A DNA stretch of 64,000 bases from positions 12,998 to 76,997 of the forward strand of contig JBBRYW010000002.1 in NCBI GenBank assembly GCA_038237235.1, written 5' to 3'. The notes under the pieces are model-generated. The model made no database searches. It saw only the letters and a program-made list of their open reading frames with translations, and had not been told where the DNA came from. The stretch comes from Gaiellales bacterium. GTDB lineage: Bacteria > Actinomycetota > Thermoleophilia > Gaiellales > Gaiellaceae. Below, piece after piece: positions 17,844 through 26,214 of this stretch (within the stretch, counting starts at the first letter, position 1; every line of letters begins with the position of its first letter). A program made the translations under genes and the position numbers.

Positions 17844-18041
17844 TCAAGACGCACTCTTCGGGCGCGTTCGGCGCCGTAGGACAACGAACGAGAAGGCCGC
17901 AATCGCGACGACCGCGCCGACGACAAGACCTCCCCAGGCAAGCGCCGCGAGGCTGATGCTGGCGGCGACGAGCAGGGGTAGAGCGGCGCAGCAGACGACC
18001 GCAAGAGAAGCTAGGCCGACGGCTCCGAGACTCGCCCGCAT
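17844..18041 (-). CDS. Small two-helix membrane protein with vicinal Cys pair (MerF/MerT-like putative Hg(II) importer)
   Basis: 65 aa with VVCCAALPLLVA inside TM1. It lies directly downstream of the ArsR-type regulator in the mer-like operon. Confidence 0.5.
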   Translation of the reverse strand: MRASLGAVGLASLAVVCCAALPLLVAASISLAALAWGGLVVGAVVAIAAFSFVVLRRRTRPKSAS

Positions 18042-18419
18042 CTACGCCTTCTCCTTGATCCGGCAGCAGGCGGCAACGTGCTCCTCGTTGTCCTCGAGCA
18101 GCGCATTTGCGAGGTCGAGCATCTTCACGACCCGCTGGTCGGCGATCCGGTTGTAGACCGTCCGGTGCTCGCGCCGGGCCTCGATGAAGCCGCACCAGCG
18201 CAGACAGGCGAGATGGTTGGAGACCTTCGGCTGCGGCTCACCGAGCCGCTCGACAAGCTCCCCAACCGTCAACTCACCCTCCGCCCGCAACAGCGCCAGG
18301 ATGCGCAGTCGGGTCGGGTCGCCGAGACCCCGGAAGTACTTCGCAACGAGGTCGGCTCGCTCAGGAGCGGCCGGCAAGCGGAACGGGGCCTCGAGCGTCG
18401 ACACAGCTGCTCCCTTCAT
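18042..18419 (-). CDS. ArsR/SmtB-family metalloregulator
   Basis: LGDPTRLRILALLRAEGELTVGELVERLGEPQPKVSNHLACLRWCGFI is the wHTH. C-terminal cysteines are in HVAACCRI. Confidence 0.85.
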   Translation of the reverse strand: MKGAAVSTLEAPFRLPAAPERADLVAKYFRGLGDPTRLRILALLRAEGELTVGELVERLGEPQPKVSNHLACLRWCGFIEARREHRTVYNRIADQRVVKMLDLANALLEDNEEHVAACCRIKEKA

Positions 18420-18440
18420 ATCTAGACTATCTTATATCAG
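18420..18440 (-). promoter_or_regulatory. AT-rich operator/promoter motif abutting the arsR-type start codon
   Basis: On the minus strand, CTGATATAAGATAGTCTAGAT sits directly before the ATG. It shares ATAT..AGTCT(T)AGAT-ATG with the site at 21450-21472. No Shine-Dalgarno is present. Confidence 0.35.
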
Positions 18441-18498
18441 AAAGGGTCGGTGCCTGACTCCTAACGAATCCTTGTTGGGTGTCGCTCCTGACCCCTCT

Positions 18499-19860
18499 TC
18501 ATGAAGTCGTGTTCTTCGGAAGCTGCCGCAGCGCGCTCACGTAGGCCTCGCTGAAGGTCGGGAACTGCGCGATCGTGTCTTTGAGCACCGCGACCGGGAT
18601 CTCGGCGCGGATCGCGAGCACCGCCTGGTGGATCCACTCGCCTGCGAGTGGCGCAACCGCCCAGGCGCCTACAACAAGCTCTCGGTCGCGGTCGACGAGC
18701 AGCCCGAACGAGCCGCGCGGGGTCTCCTCGTAGGTGTACGGCCGCGCGATCGCGTTCGGAAGGTCGAGCGTCACTTCGTCGACCGTGAGCCCCTGCTCCT
18801 TCACTTGCGCGGCGGTCAGTCCGACCGCCGCCACCTCCGGGTCGCAGAAGACGACGCGGGGGACGGCGCGGTAGTCGGCGACGGCGTCTTCGCCGAGGAT
18901 GTTCGCCGTTGCCACCCGCGCCTGGTACTTGCCGACGTGGGTGAAGAGCGAGACACCGGTCGCATCGCCGATCCCCCAAACGCCCGTTGCGGCGCGGCAG
19001 TGCTCGTCGATCGGGATGCCTCGCTTACCTGTGTCGACTCCGACGGTCTCGAGGCCGAGGCCCTGGACGCGCGGCCGCCGCCCGGCGGCGATCACGAGCG
19101 CTTCGCCGCGAACCTCGCTGCCGTCGTCGAGCTCGACGACCCGCTCGTCGCCCTCGAGCCGGACACGGATCGCGCGCCTGCCGAGCGCAAGCTGGACACC
19201 GTCGGCCGCAAGCTCTGCGCCGATCAGGCGGCCGATCTCCGGATCCTCGCGGTTGAGCAACGCGTCGGCGCCCTGGACGATCGTGACGTTCGAGCCGAAG
19301 CGGGCGAGCATCTGTCCGAGCTCGACCCCGACCGCGCCGCCGCCGATGAAGACGGCGCTCTTCGGGATCTCCTTCAGCGTCGTCGCCTCCCGGTTTGTCC
19401 AGTAGCCGGCTTCGGCGAGACCCTCGATCGGCGGTATCAGGGGGTCGGAGCCGGTGGCGACGATCACGTGCCCTGTCTCGATCACCTGCCCGTCGACCTC
19501 CACCCGTCCCGGCCCGGCGAGCTTGCCGGAGGACTTGAAGACGGTGACCCCCTGCTCCTCGTAGCCGGCGACGGCACCGGAGTCGTCGAAGTGGCGGATC
19601 ATCCAGTCGCGGTAGGCAGCGACCTGCTTCCAGTCGAGCTCCGGCTCCGACACACCGGCGATCGCAGCACTCTCGTGCCTTGCCTCCGTCGGCCGCAGAA
19701 GCGTCTTCGACGGAATGCAGGCCCAATAGCTGCACTCGCCGCCGACAAGCTCACGCTCGACCAGCGCGACCTTCAGTCCCGCCTCGGCCAGGATTCCCGT
19801 CGCGACCTCGCCGGCAGGCCCCGCGCCGAGGACGACCGCGTCGTAGCGTCCGTTACTCAT
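18499..19860 (-). CDS. Class I pyridine nucleotide-disulfide oxidoreductase (mercuric/mycothione reductase-like paralog)
   Basis: AVVLGAGPAGEVATG and the redox-active GGECSYWACIPSK, plus a dimerisation domain. The ATG at 19860 overlaps the merA stop (ATGA). There is no C-terminal CC pair. Confidence 0.85.
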   Translation of the reverse strand: MSNGRYDAVVLGAGPAGEVATGILAEAGLKVALVERELVGGECSYWACIPSKTLLRPTEARHESAAIAGVSEPELDWKQVAAYRDWMIRHFDDSGAVAGYEEQGVTVFKSSGKLAGPGRVEVDGQVIETGHVIVATGSDPLIPPIEGLAEAGYWTNREATTLKEIPKSAVFIGGGAVGVELGQMLARFGSNVTIVQGADALLNREDPEIGRLIGAELAADGVQLALGRRAIRVRLEGDERVVELDDGSEVRGEALVIAAGRRPRVQGLGLETVGVDTGKRGIPIDEHCRAATGVWGIGDATGVSLFTHVGKYQARVATANILGEDAVADYRAVPRVVFCDPEVAAVGLTAAQVKEQGLTVDEVTLDLPNAIARPYTYEETPRGSFGLLVDRDRELVVGAWAVAPLAGEWIHQAVLAIRAEIPVAVLKDTIAQFPTFSEAYVSALRQLPKNTTS

Positions 19861-21449
19861 GCTGCGCAGCACGACAGCTTCGAGACGTCGCGCGTGAAGA
19901 TCTGCGCGGCGAGCTTGAAGCCCTCGCTCATCGTCAGGTACGGCGCCCACGTGTGGGCCACCTCGTCGGTCGTCAGCTTGAACTGCACCACATAGACCGC
20001 GGCGAGAATCACGTCGCCGGCGTTCTCGGCGACGGCGGTTGCGCCGACGATGCGGCCAGATTCACCTTCGGCAACGATCTTCACGAAGCCGCGCGCATCG
20101 AGGTTCACCGCCGCGCGCGGAACCGCGTCGAGCGGCAGCGTGCGCACCTCGACGTCGAGCCCGCCCTCCTGCGCCTGCGCCTCGGTCAGCCCGACAGCCG
20201 CGACCTGCGGGTGTGTGAACGTGACGCGCGGCAGCGCCGTGTAGTCGAGCCGCTCATCGCCGTCTGCAAGCGCGTTCCTCGCCGCGGTCGCGCCCTGCGC
20301 GGCGGCGACGTAAACGAACTGCGGCGACGGTGTGCAGTCGCCCGCGGCGAAGACGCGCGGCTTCGTCGTCCGCTGCGTGTCGTCGATCTTGATCGCGCCG
20401 CGCTCGTCGAGCTCGACACCCGCGCGGTCGAGCCCTAGTTTGTCAGTGTTCGGCCGCCGGCCGGCGGCGATCAAGATCTCGTCACCCGAAAAGATCTGCT
20501 CCTCGCCATCGACGATCACGGCCAGCGTCTTCTGGTTCCCGTCGCGGCCGGCACGCACGACCTTGGCGCCGGTGACGATCGTGATGCCCTCGGCCTCGAA
20601 GATCCCGGAGAGCGTCTCCGCGACGTCCGGCTCCTCGAGCGGCGAGATCCGCTGCAGCATCTCGAACAACACCACCTCCGAGCCGAGGTGCGCGTAGAGC
20701 TGCCCCAGCTCCAGGCCGATGTAGTTGCCGCCAACGACCAGCAGCCGCGCCGGCAACTCTTTCAGCTCAAGGCCGCTCGTCGAGGTGACATAACCCGCGT
20801 CCTCGAGTCCCTCAATCGGCGGGATCGCCGGACGAGCGCCGCTCGCGACCAGATAGCGCCGCGCACGGACTGGCTCCCCGTCCACGACCAGCGTCTCCGA
20901 ATCCGCGAACTCGGCGTGACCCTTGACGAGCTTCCAGTCGTACTCGTCGATCAGGTCGCAGTACTTCTCCTCGCGCATCTGCTCGACGAGCTCGTCCTTC
21001 TGCGCGACGAGCGCATCGAGGACGACCAGGCCCGTCGAGGTTGGCGCGCCGCGGTGCGGATTTCGCCGAGCCGAGTCGTAGATCTCGCCGGCGCGCAGCA
21101 TCGCCTTCGAAGGCACGCAGCCGATGTTCACGCACGTGCCGCCGACTGTCCCGTGCTCGATCATCACCACCCGAGCGCCCCGCTCGGACGCCTGGATCGC
21201 CGCGGCGAACGCCGCCGCACCGGCCCCGACGATCGCGAGGTCGTACTCGAACTCGCCGTCTTCGCCGACGATGTCCTCTACCCGCTGCGGGGCACCGTCG
21301 CCCTCGATCGGCAGCGGCTTGCCCAACTCGTAGCCCGCGCCGCGCACGAACTCCCGCGCCTTCTCCAGATCCACCCCTTCCGGGTCGAACTCGCCAAAGC
21401 CACGCCGGTAATCGACAAACACACCCGTCGCGCCCACATCCTCCAACAT
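19857..21449 (-). CDS. merA: Mercuric reductase
   Basis: GGTCVNIGCVPSK active site and the diagnostic C-terminal ...VSKLSCCAA. About 75 aa of N-terminal extension lack a GMTCxxC HMA motif. Start chosen at the ATG at 21449 next to the AT-rich motif. Confidence 0.85.
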   Translation of the reverse strand: MLEDVGATGVFVDYRRGFGEFDPEGVDLEKAREFVRGAGYELGKPLPIEGDGAPQRVEDIVGEDGEFEYDLAIVGAGAAAFAAAIQASERGARVVMIEHGTVGGTCVNIGCVPSKAMLRAGEIYDSARRNPHRGAPTSTGLVVLDALVAQKDELVEQMREEKYCDLIDEYDWKLVKGHAEFADSETLVVDGEPVRARRYLVASGARPAIPPIEGLEDAGYVTSTSGLELKELPARLLVVGGNYIGLELGQLYAHLGSEVVLFEMLQRISPLEEPDVAETLSGIFEAEGITIVTGAKVVRAGRDGNQKTLAVIVDGEEQIFSGDEILIAAGRRPNTDKLGLDRAGVELDERGAIKIDDTQRTTKPRVFAAGDCTPSPQFVYVAAAQGATAARNALADGDERLDYTALPRVTFTHPQVAAVGLTEAQAQEGGLDVEVRTLPLDAVPRAAVNLDARGFVKIVAEGESGRIVGATAVAENAGDVILAAVYVVQFKLTTDEVAHTWAPYLTMSEGFKLAAQIFTRDVSKLSCCAA

Positions 21450-21472
21450 ATCTAAGACTGATGATATGTCAT
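21450..21472 (-). promoter_or_regulatory. AT-rich operator/promoter motif abutting the merA start codon
   Basis: On the minus strand, ATGACATATCATCAGTCTTAGAT sits directly before the ATG. It contains the inverted ATATC..GATAT and is similar to the site at 18420-18440. Confidence 0.35.
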
Positions 21473-21520
21473 AACGCGCATACGTGGTGGCACCTTTCCG
21501 ATGCGCGAGGCCCGGAAACC

Positions 21521-21895
21521 TCACGCTCGTAGGAGACCTCGCGACCCAGCGCGGAGCAGACGCGCAAGGATGCCGCGCCCGGAGCTGTTTGTGTGCGACC
21601 GCTCCTCTTCGGTCGGGACAACCTTCACGCCGCGCCAGAACGCGATGCGACCGCGCACGGCCTCAGCGGCAGGCTTCGGCTCGGGGTAGTACCAGGCGGC
21701 GTCAACGTTGCTCGCTCCGCCAATCTCGAGCGTGTAGTAGTTCGCCCTGCCCTTCCAGGGACAGACGGTCTGTCTGTCACTCTCGACGAGATACTCGCTC
21801 TTGACGGACTCGAGCGAGAAATAGTGGTTTCTTTCGACGACGACGGTGTCGTCACTCTCGGCGATCACCGCGCCGTTCCAGATCGCTCTCGGCAT
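21521..21895 (-). CDS. DUF427-family protein
   Basis: 124 aa with IWNGAVIAESDDTVVVERNHYFSLESV...CPWKGRANYYTLEIGG...DAAWYYPEP...IAFW. Confidence 0.7.
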   Translation of the reverse strand: MPRAIWNGAVIAESDDTVVVERNHYFSLESVKSEYLVESDRQTVCPWKGRANYYTLEIGGASNVDAAWYYPEPKPAAEAVRGRIAFWRGVKVVPTEEERSHTNSSGRGILARLLRAGSRGLLRA

Positions 21896-21944
21896 GCTGA
21901 AATGTGACCCCTCTCTTGATTCGTTGACGTTCTCGATGCGTTAG

Positions 21945-22304
21945 ATGAGGACGTCGGCGGCGGAGATTCTCGCGGGTGCTCACGACGTGAGTCCGCTCGG
22001 TCCATTGCCTGCATCGCTTCTGGCCTCGACCCCATCCAAGAAGACTGTGAGGCCAATGATCTTGCAGGGCTCGTGTGAGGAGACCGCCGAGTTGATGTCG
22101 GAGCACCTCGAAGACACGCTACGCGGCCTGCCTCGCTGGCGTGTCCTCCGTCACCTCGCTCGCTGCGTCCACTGCCCGGAGGTGCTGCGAAGCTTGCGCG
22201 CGACGATCGATGTCCTGCAACGGATCGGGCGCCACCAAGCGGCTGCTGACCCGTCTATCGCGGACGCGATCGTCGAGCGCCTAAGGAGGGAAGGCGACCT
22301 CTGA
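21945..22304 (+). CDS. Putative zf-HC2 anti-sigma-factor-like protein (no sigma partner adjacent)
   Basis: LMSEHLEDTLRGLPRWRVLRHLARCVHCPEVLRSLRATIDVL carries the H-x3-C-x2-C pattern. The start is uncertain; an internal M at MILQG is possible. Confidence 0.45.
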   Translation: MRTSAAEILAGAHDVSPLGPLPASLLASTPSKKTVRPMILQGSCEETAELMSEHLEDTLRGLPRWRVLRHLARCVHCPEVLRSLRATIDVLQRIGRHQAAADPSIADAIVERLRREGDL

Positions 22305-22480
22305 CGCCGCCGGTGCGTCGTTACATCGCGTTCATGCGACTTGGCCCAACGGCGCGGACGTGCGCCGCCGCGAGCGCGTCGTTCGCGGAGGCGCCGGATT
22401 TGCTGCCTGAGGCGAAGACAGCACTCCTGCATCTAACCGGCATGTAGTCGACGCCGACAGCGCGAGCGAAGGGAGACGGG

Positions 22481-24010
22481 ATGGCGACGGTGGAGGGACC
22501 GACGAAGGTCGATCGGAACGAGGTCTTTCTCGAGTACACGAAGTCGATCTGCCCGGTCTGCAAGACGGTGATCGATGCGGAGGTGAACATCCGCGAGAAC
22601 CGGGTGATCATGCGCAAGCGCTGTGCCGAGCATGGCCTGTTCGAGGCGCTCGTCTACTCGGACGCCGAGCTGTACATGGCGCAGCAGCGGTTCAACAAGC
22701 CGGGGACGTTGCCGCTCGAGTTCCAGACCGAGGTGAAGGACGGCTGCCCGCTCGACTGCGGCCTGTGCCCGGAGCACAAGCAGCACTCGTGCCTGGGCAT
22801 CATCGAGGTGAACACCGCCTGCAACCTCGACTGCCCGATCTGCTTCGCCGACTCGGGCCATCAGCCGGACGGCTACGGGCTGACGCTGGAGCAGGTGGAG
22901 TACATGATCGACGTCTTCGTCGCGGCGGAGGGCACTCCGGAGGTGATCCAGTTCTCGGGCGGCGAGCCGAGCATCCATCCGCGGATCGTCGAGTTCATCG
23001 AGGCCGCGCAGGCGCGCGGGATCGGCACGGTGATGCTGAACACGAACGGGATTCGGCTCGCCAAGGACCGCCGCTTCGTCGCCGAGCTCGAGCGGCTGCA
23101 GCCGCACATCTACCTCCAGTTCGACGGCTTCGAGCAGGCGACGCACCTGGCGATCCGAGGCAAGGACCTGCGCGAGCTGAAGGAGCGGGCGCTCGCGAAC
23201 TGCGCCCAGGCCGGGTTGAAGGTGACCCTGGTGGCGGCGATCGAGCAGGGCGTGAACGAGCACGAGGTAGGCGCGATCGTGCGCTACGGCGTGACACACG
23301 AGGCGGTCAAGTCGATCGTCTTTCAGCCGGTCACGCACTCCGGCCGCCATGTCGAGTTCGATCCGTTGAACCGGCTCACGAACGCGGACGTGATGAAGCT
23401 GGTCTGCGCGCAGCTGCCGGAGTGGTTCCGGCTGAGCGACTTCGTGCCGGTGCCGTGCTGCTTCCCGACCTGCCGCTCGATGAGCTACATGCTCGTCGAC
23501 GGCGACGGAGTGATCCCGTTCACGCGTCTGCTCGACGTCGAGGACCACCTCGACTACGTCGCGAACCGGATCAACCCCGACCCCGCGGTGCGGGGCGCGC
23601 TCGAGAAAATGTTTTCCTCGTCGGCGACGCCGGGGGCCGAGCAGGCGCTCGTCCTGTGCGAGTCGTGCGGGATCGACCTGCCCGAGGCGCTGCGCGACAT
23701 TCAGAGCCACTTCTTCATGCTCGTCGTCCAGGACTTCCAGGATCCCTACACGCTGAACGTGCGTCAACTGATGAAGTGCTGCGTCGAGGAGATCACCCCG
23801 GACGGCCGGCTGATCCCGTTCTGCGCCTACAACTCGGTCGGCTACCGCGAGCAGGTACGGGCGCAGATGTCCGGCGTCGCCGTCGATCCGGTCGTGCCGA
23901 ACGCGACGCCCCTGCAGCCGCTGCTGCACCCGACCCGCTACGGCTCACGCACGGCGAACGGGAACGGCGGCGGCCGCCGTGACGCGACGAACGTGGGGCG
24001 ACGGCTGTGA
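22481..24010 (+). CDS. Radical SAM enzyme with N-terminal zinc-ribbon, MJ0619/tetraether-synthase (Tes)-like architecture
   Basis: 509 aa with CPVCKTVIDAEV...RKRCAEHGLFE, then CPLDCGLCPEHKQH, then the IIEVNTACNLDCPICFADSG CxxxCxxC radical SAM core. GGEPSIHP follows. Confidence 0.8.
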   Translation: MATVEGPTKVDRNEVFLEYTKSICPVCKTVIDAEVNIRENRVIMRKRCAEHGLFEALVYSDAELYMAQQRFNKPGTLPLEFQTEVKDGCPLDCGLCPEHKQHSCLGIIEVNTACNLDCPICFADSGHQPDGYGLTLEQVEYMIDVFVAAEGTPEVIQFSGGEPSIHPRIVEFIEAAQARGIGTVMLNTNGIRLAKDRRFVAELERLQPHIYLQFDGFEQATHLAIRGKDLRELKERALANCAQAGLKVTLVAAIEQGVNEHEVGAIVRYGVTHEAVKSIVFQPVTHSGRHVEFDPLNRLTNADVMKLVCAQLPEWFRLSDFVPVPCCFPTCRSMSYMLVDGDGVIPFTRLLDVEDHLDYVANRINPDPAVRGALEKMFSSSATPGAEQALVLCESCGIDLPEALRDIQSHFFMLVVQDFQDPYTLNVRQLMKCCVEEITPDGRLIPFCAYNSVGYREQVRAQMSGVAVDPVVPNATPLQPLLHPTRYGSRTANGNGGGRRDATNVGRRL

Positions 24011-24738
24011 TGCTCGCCGCTGAAGAGGTCAAGGCCTGCTGCGCAACCGCCTACTCGAGCACCGCAGCATGGTTCCTGCTCGGCGACTCCTTCCACCCAG
24101 GCGGGGCGGCGCTGACCTCACGGCTGATCGCAGCGCTCCAGGTCGGGCCGGGACAGACAGTCGTCGACGTCGCAAGCGGCCCCGGCTCGAGCGCGCTCCA
24201 GCTCGCGCGCGAGACCAGCTGCGACGTGATCGCAGTCGACCTCTCGCCAAGCGCGGTAGACGACCCACGCGTGCGCGTGGTCGTCGGCGACGCCGAGGCC
24301 CTGCCGCTCGACGACGCATCGGTCGACGGCGCGCTCTGCGAATGCGCGCTTTGCACCTTCCCCGACAAGGAACGCGCGGCCGCCGAGCTAGCGCGTGTGC
24401 TCCGGCCGGGCGCACGCCTGGCGCTCTCGGACATGCTCGTCGAGGGGCCCCTGCCGACAGAGCTGACCTCGCTGCAGGCCTGGGTCGCCTGCATCGCCGA
24501 CGCACGACCGCTCGAAGAGGTCGCAACGCTCCTCGAACGCAGCGGCCTCACCGTCGAACAGACCGTGCGGCACGACGACGCGCTCGCCACCCTGCTAGAG
24601 CGCGTACGCGCCCGGCTGCGCGTCGCCCGCTTCCTCTCACCCGACGGGGCGCGCCGCGGGATCGAGCTCATCGACGCCGCGCGCGCCGCGTACGAAGCGG
24701 GTTTGCTCGGCTACGGTTCGATCATCGCGCGCCGGTGA
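24007..24738 (+). CDS. Class I SAM-dependent methyltransferase with N-terminal CC motif
   Basis: VKACCATAYSS...SFHPGG, then motif I VVDVASGPGSSALQLA. The start overlaps the radical SAM stop (GTGATG). Confidence 0.8.
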   Translation: MMLAAEEVKACCATAYSSTAAWFLLGDSFHPGGAALTSRLIAALQVGPGQTVVDVASGPGSSALQLARETSCDVIAVDLSPSAVDDPRVRVVVGDAEALPLDDASVDGALCECALCTFPDKERAAAELARVLRPGARLALSDMLVEGPLPTELTSLQAWVACIADARPLEEVATLLERSGLTVEQTVRHDDALATLLERVRARLRVARFLSPDGARRGIELIDAARAAYEAGLLGYGSIIARR

Positions 24739-25535
24739 ACGAAGGCGACGCCTGGACGGCCGAGGTGCTCGCCCAACTCAAGGCCGGGCACTTCTCCCCG
24801 CGCGCTTGGTCGAGCTTCCTCGCCCGCTCGTTCGCGCGGGCGCGCGAGGCGCGGGCCGAGCGGCGCCACGAGCATCGGCAAACACTCGCGCTCGGCGCGC
24901 TCGGCCTCGCGGCCTGGACGGGAGTGGCGCTCGCCGGCCGGCCCTGGCTCGCGCTCGTGGGCGTGCTCTGGTGGGTGCTCGTGACACTGATGCTCGACTG
25001 GCACCTCGGGATGCTCGACGAGCAGCACCGACTCGGGCTCGCGAACATGCTCTCGATTCTGCGCGCCGGAGTCATTCCGGTCCTGCCCGTGCTCCCGCCG
25101 GCGCTGCTCGCAGCGGTGCTGATCGCGGCCGGGGTGCTCGACGGGCTCGACGGGCCGATCGCCCGCGCCCGCGGCGAGACGACGCGGCTCGGGCACTGGC
25201 TCGACGGCGGCGTCGACGGCCTCGTCCTCGGCGCCGCGGCCGTCGGCGCCGCCCGCGGCGGCGTCCTGCCGCTCTGGGCCGCCGCCCTCGTGCTGGCCCG
25301 GCACGGGCTGCAATGGCTGGTCGTGGCCGCGGCCTACTTCGCGCAAGCCCGTCCGCCCGCCCTCGACGCGGTCGTCCCCGGGAAGCTGCCGGGGCTCGTC
25401 CTCTTCGCAGGACTCGCGCTCGCCGCTCTCCACCTGCCGGGCGCCACGGCGCTCGTCGCGCTCGGCTCGCTCGGAGGGCTCGCAACGTTCGCGCTCACCC
25501 TGCTCCGCTCCCGCCCGGCGGAGGCGGTCCCGTGA
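24735..25535 (+). CDS. CDP-alcohol phosphatidyltransferase family membrane protein
   Basis: DGLDGPIARARGETTRLGHWLDGGVDGL matches D-G-x2-A-R-x8-G-x3-D-x3-D, with multiple TM helices. The GTG at 24735 overlaps the upstream TGA. Confidence 0.75.
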   Translation: MNEGDAWTAEVLAQLKAGHFSPRAWSSFLARSFARAREARAERRHEHRQTLALGALGLAAWTGVALAGRPWLALVGVLWWVLVTLMLDWHLGMLDEQHRLGLANMLSILRAGVIPVLPVLPPALLAAVLIAAGVLDGLDGPIARARGETTRLGHWLDGGVDGLVLGAAAVGAARGGVLPLWAAALVLARHGLQWLVVAAAYFAQARPPALDAVVPGKLPGLVLFAGLALAALHLPGATALVALGSLGGLATFALTLLRSRPAEAVP

Positions 25536-25645
25536 CCTGGCTCGTGCTCGCGCTGGTGGTAGCGCTCGCGTTCGCGAACGGCGCCAACGACAACTTCAAA
25601 GGCGCCGCGACGATCCGCCTCGGCTTCTATGTGATCCTCGGCTGA
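25532..25645 (+). pseudogene. 37-codon N-terminal fragment of a PiT-type anion/phosphate permease
   Basis: VTWLVLALVVALAFANGANDNFKGAAT... followed by a premature stop. The GTG overlaps the upstream TGA. Confidence 0.4.
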
Positions 25646-26031
25646 GTGCTCGCACTCTTCGTCCACGTCCCGACGAGCGTCGGCTACTGGCTCGTCTTCC
25701 TGCTCGTGACGGGTGAGACCGCCGCGGCGAGGAGTTCTTCGAGCGGCACGGGCCGAAGGCCGTCTTCCTCGCCCGCTGGATCCCCGGCCTACGCCTCGTC
25801 GGCGCCTGGTTTGCCGGCGCCGCGCGGATGCGCTGGCGTACGTTCCTGCCGTGGAACGCGCTCGGCGGCATCTGCTGGTCGGCCTCGATCTCCGGCAGCG
25901 CGTACCTGGTCGGACACACGGCCGGCGGCGTCTTCGCCGCAATCGGCGCGGCGCTCAGCGTAGCCATCGTGCTCGCCGTCGCACACCGGTTCTGGCGTCG
26001 CCGGGGCGACGGTGGGATGCCGCGGCGGTGA
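25646..26031 (+). pseudogene. DedA-family membrane protein with internal deletion/frameshift
   Basis: The N-terminus GYWLVFLLVTGETAA lies in one frame. FERHGPKAVFLARWIPGLRLVGAWFAGAARMRWRTFLPWNALGGICWS... lies in another. About 80 central residues are missing. Confidence 0.5.
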
Positions 26032-26153
26032 AGCTGTACCGCTGCAAGGCGCCGACCGACCGGCTCTGCCCCTGCGGTGAGTTGCGCGGGGAGCTGAAGG
26101 CTGCCGGGCATGAGTTCGAGGTCGAGCGGATGCGGGCCGGCCATCCCGGCTGA
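26028..26153 (+). pseudogene. Truncated glutaredoxin/GST-N-like fragment
   Basis: VKLYRCKAPTDRLCPCGELRGELKAAGHEFEVERM, then a stop after 41 codons. The usual second half of the fold is absent. Confidence 0.35.
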
Positions 26154-26214
26154 GCAGGCGCGCGAGGCTCATCGCCTGTGTGGCTGCTGCCGACAACGAG
26201 CATCTTCCCGCACG

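Noticed and set aside
21450-21524. Longer merA start at 21524
   Set aside because: It would overlap the DUF427 gene end and read through the AT-rich promoter-like motif. The ATG at 21449 sits directly after that motif.
22433-23929. 498-aa minus-strand ORF
   Set aside because: It is antisense to the radical SAM gene, whose Cys motifs and GGEP motif are unambiguous. The reverse frame shows only low-complexity Arg/Leu/Asp text.
24069-24734. N-terminal 222 codons of tracked ORF 24069-25535
   Set aside because: It is out of frame with the methyltransferase gene and almost pure Arg/Ala/Pro. Only the part from the GTG at 24735 shows TM helices and the CDP-alcohol transferase motif.
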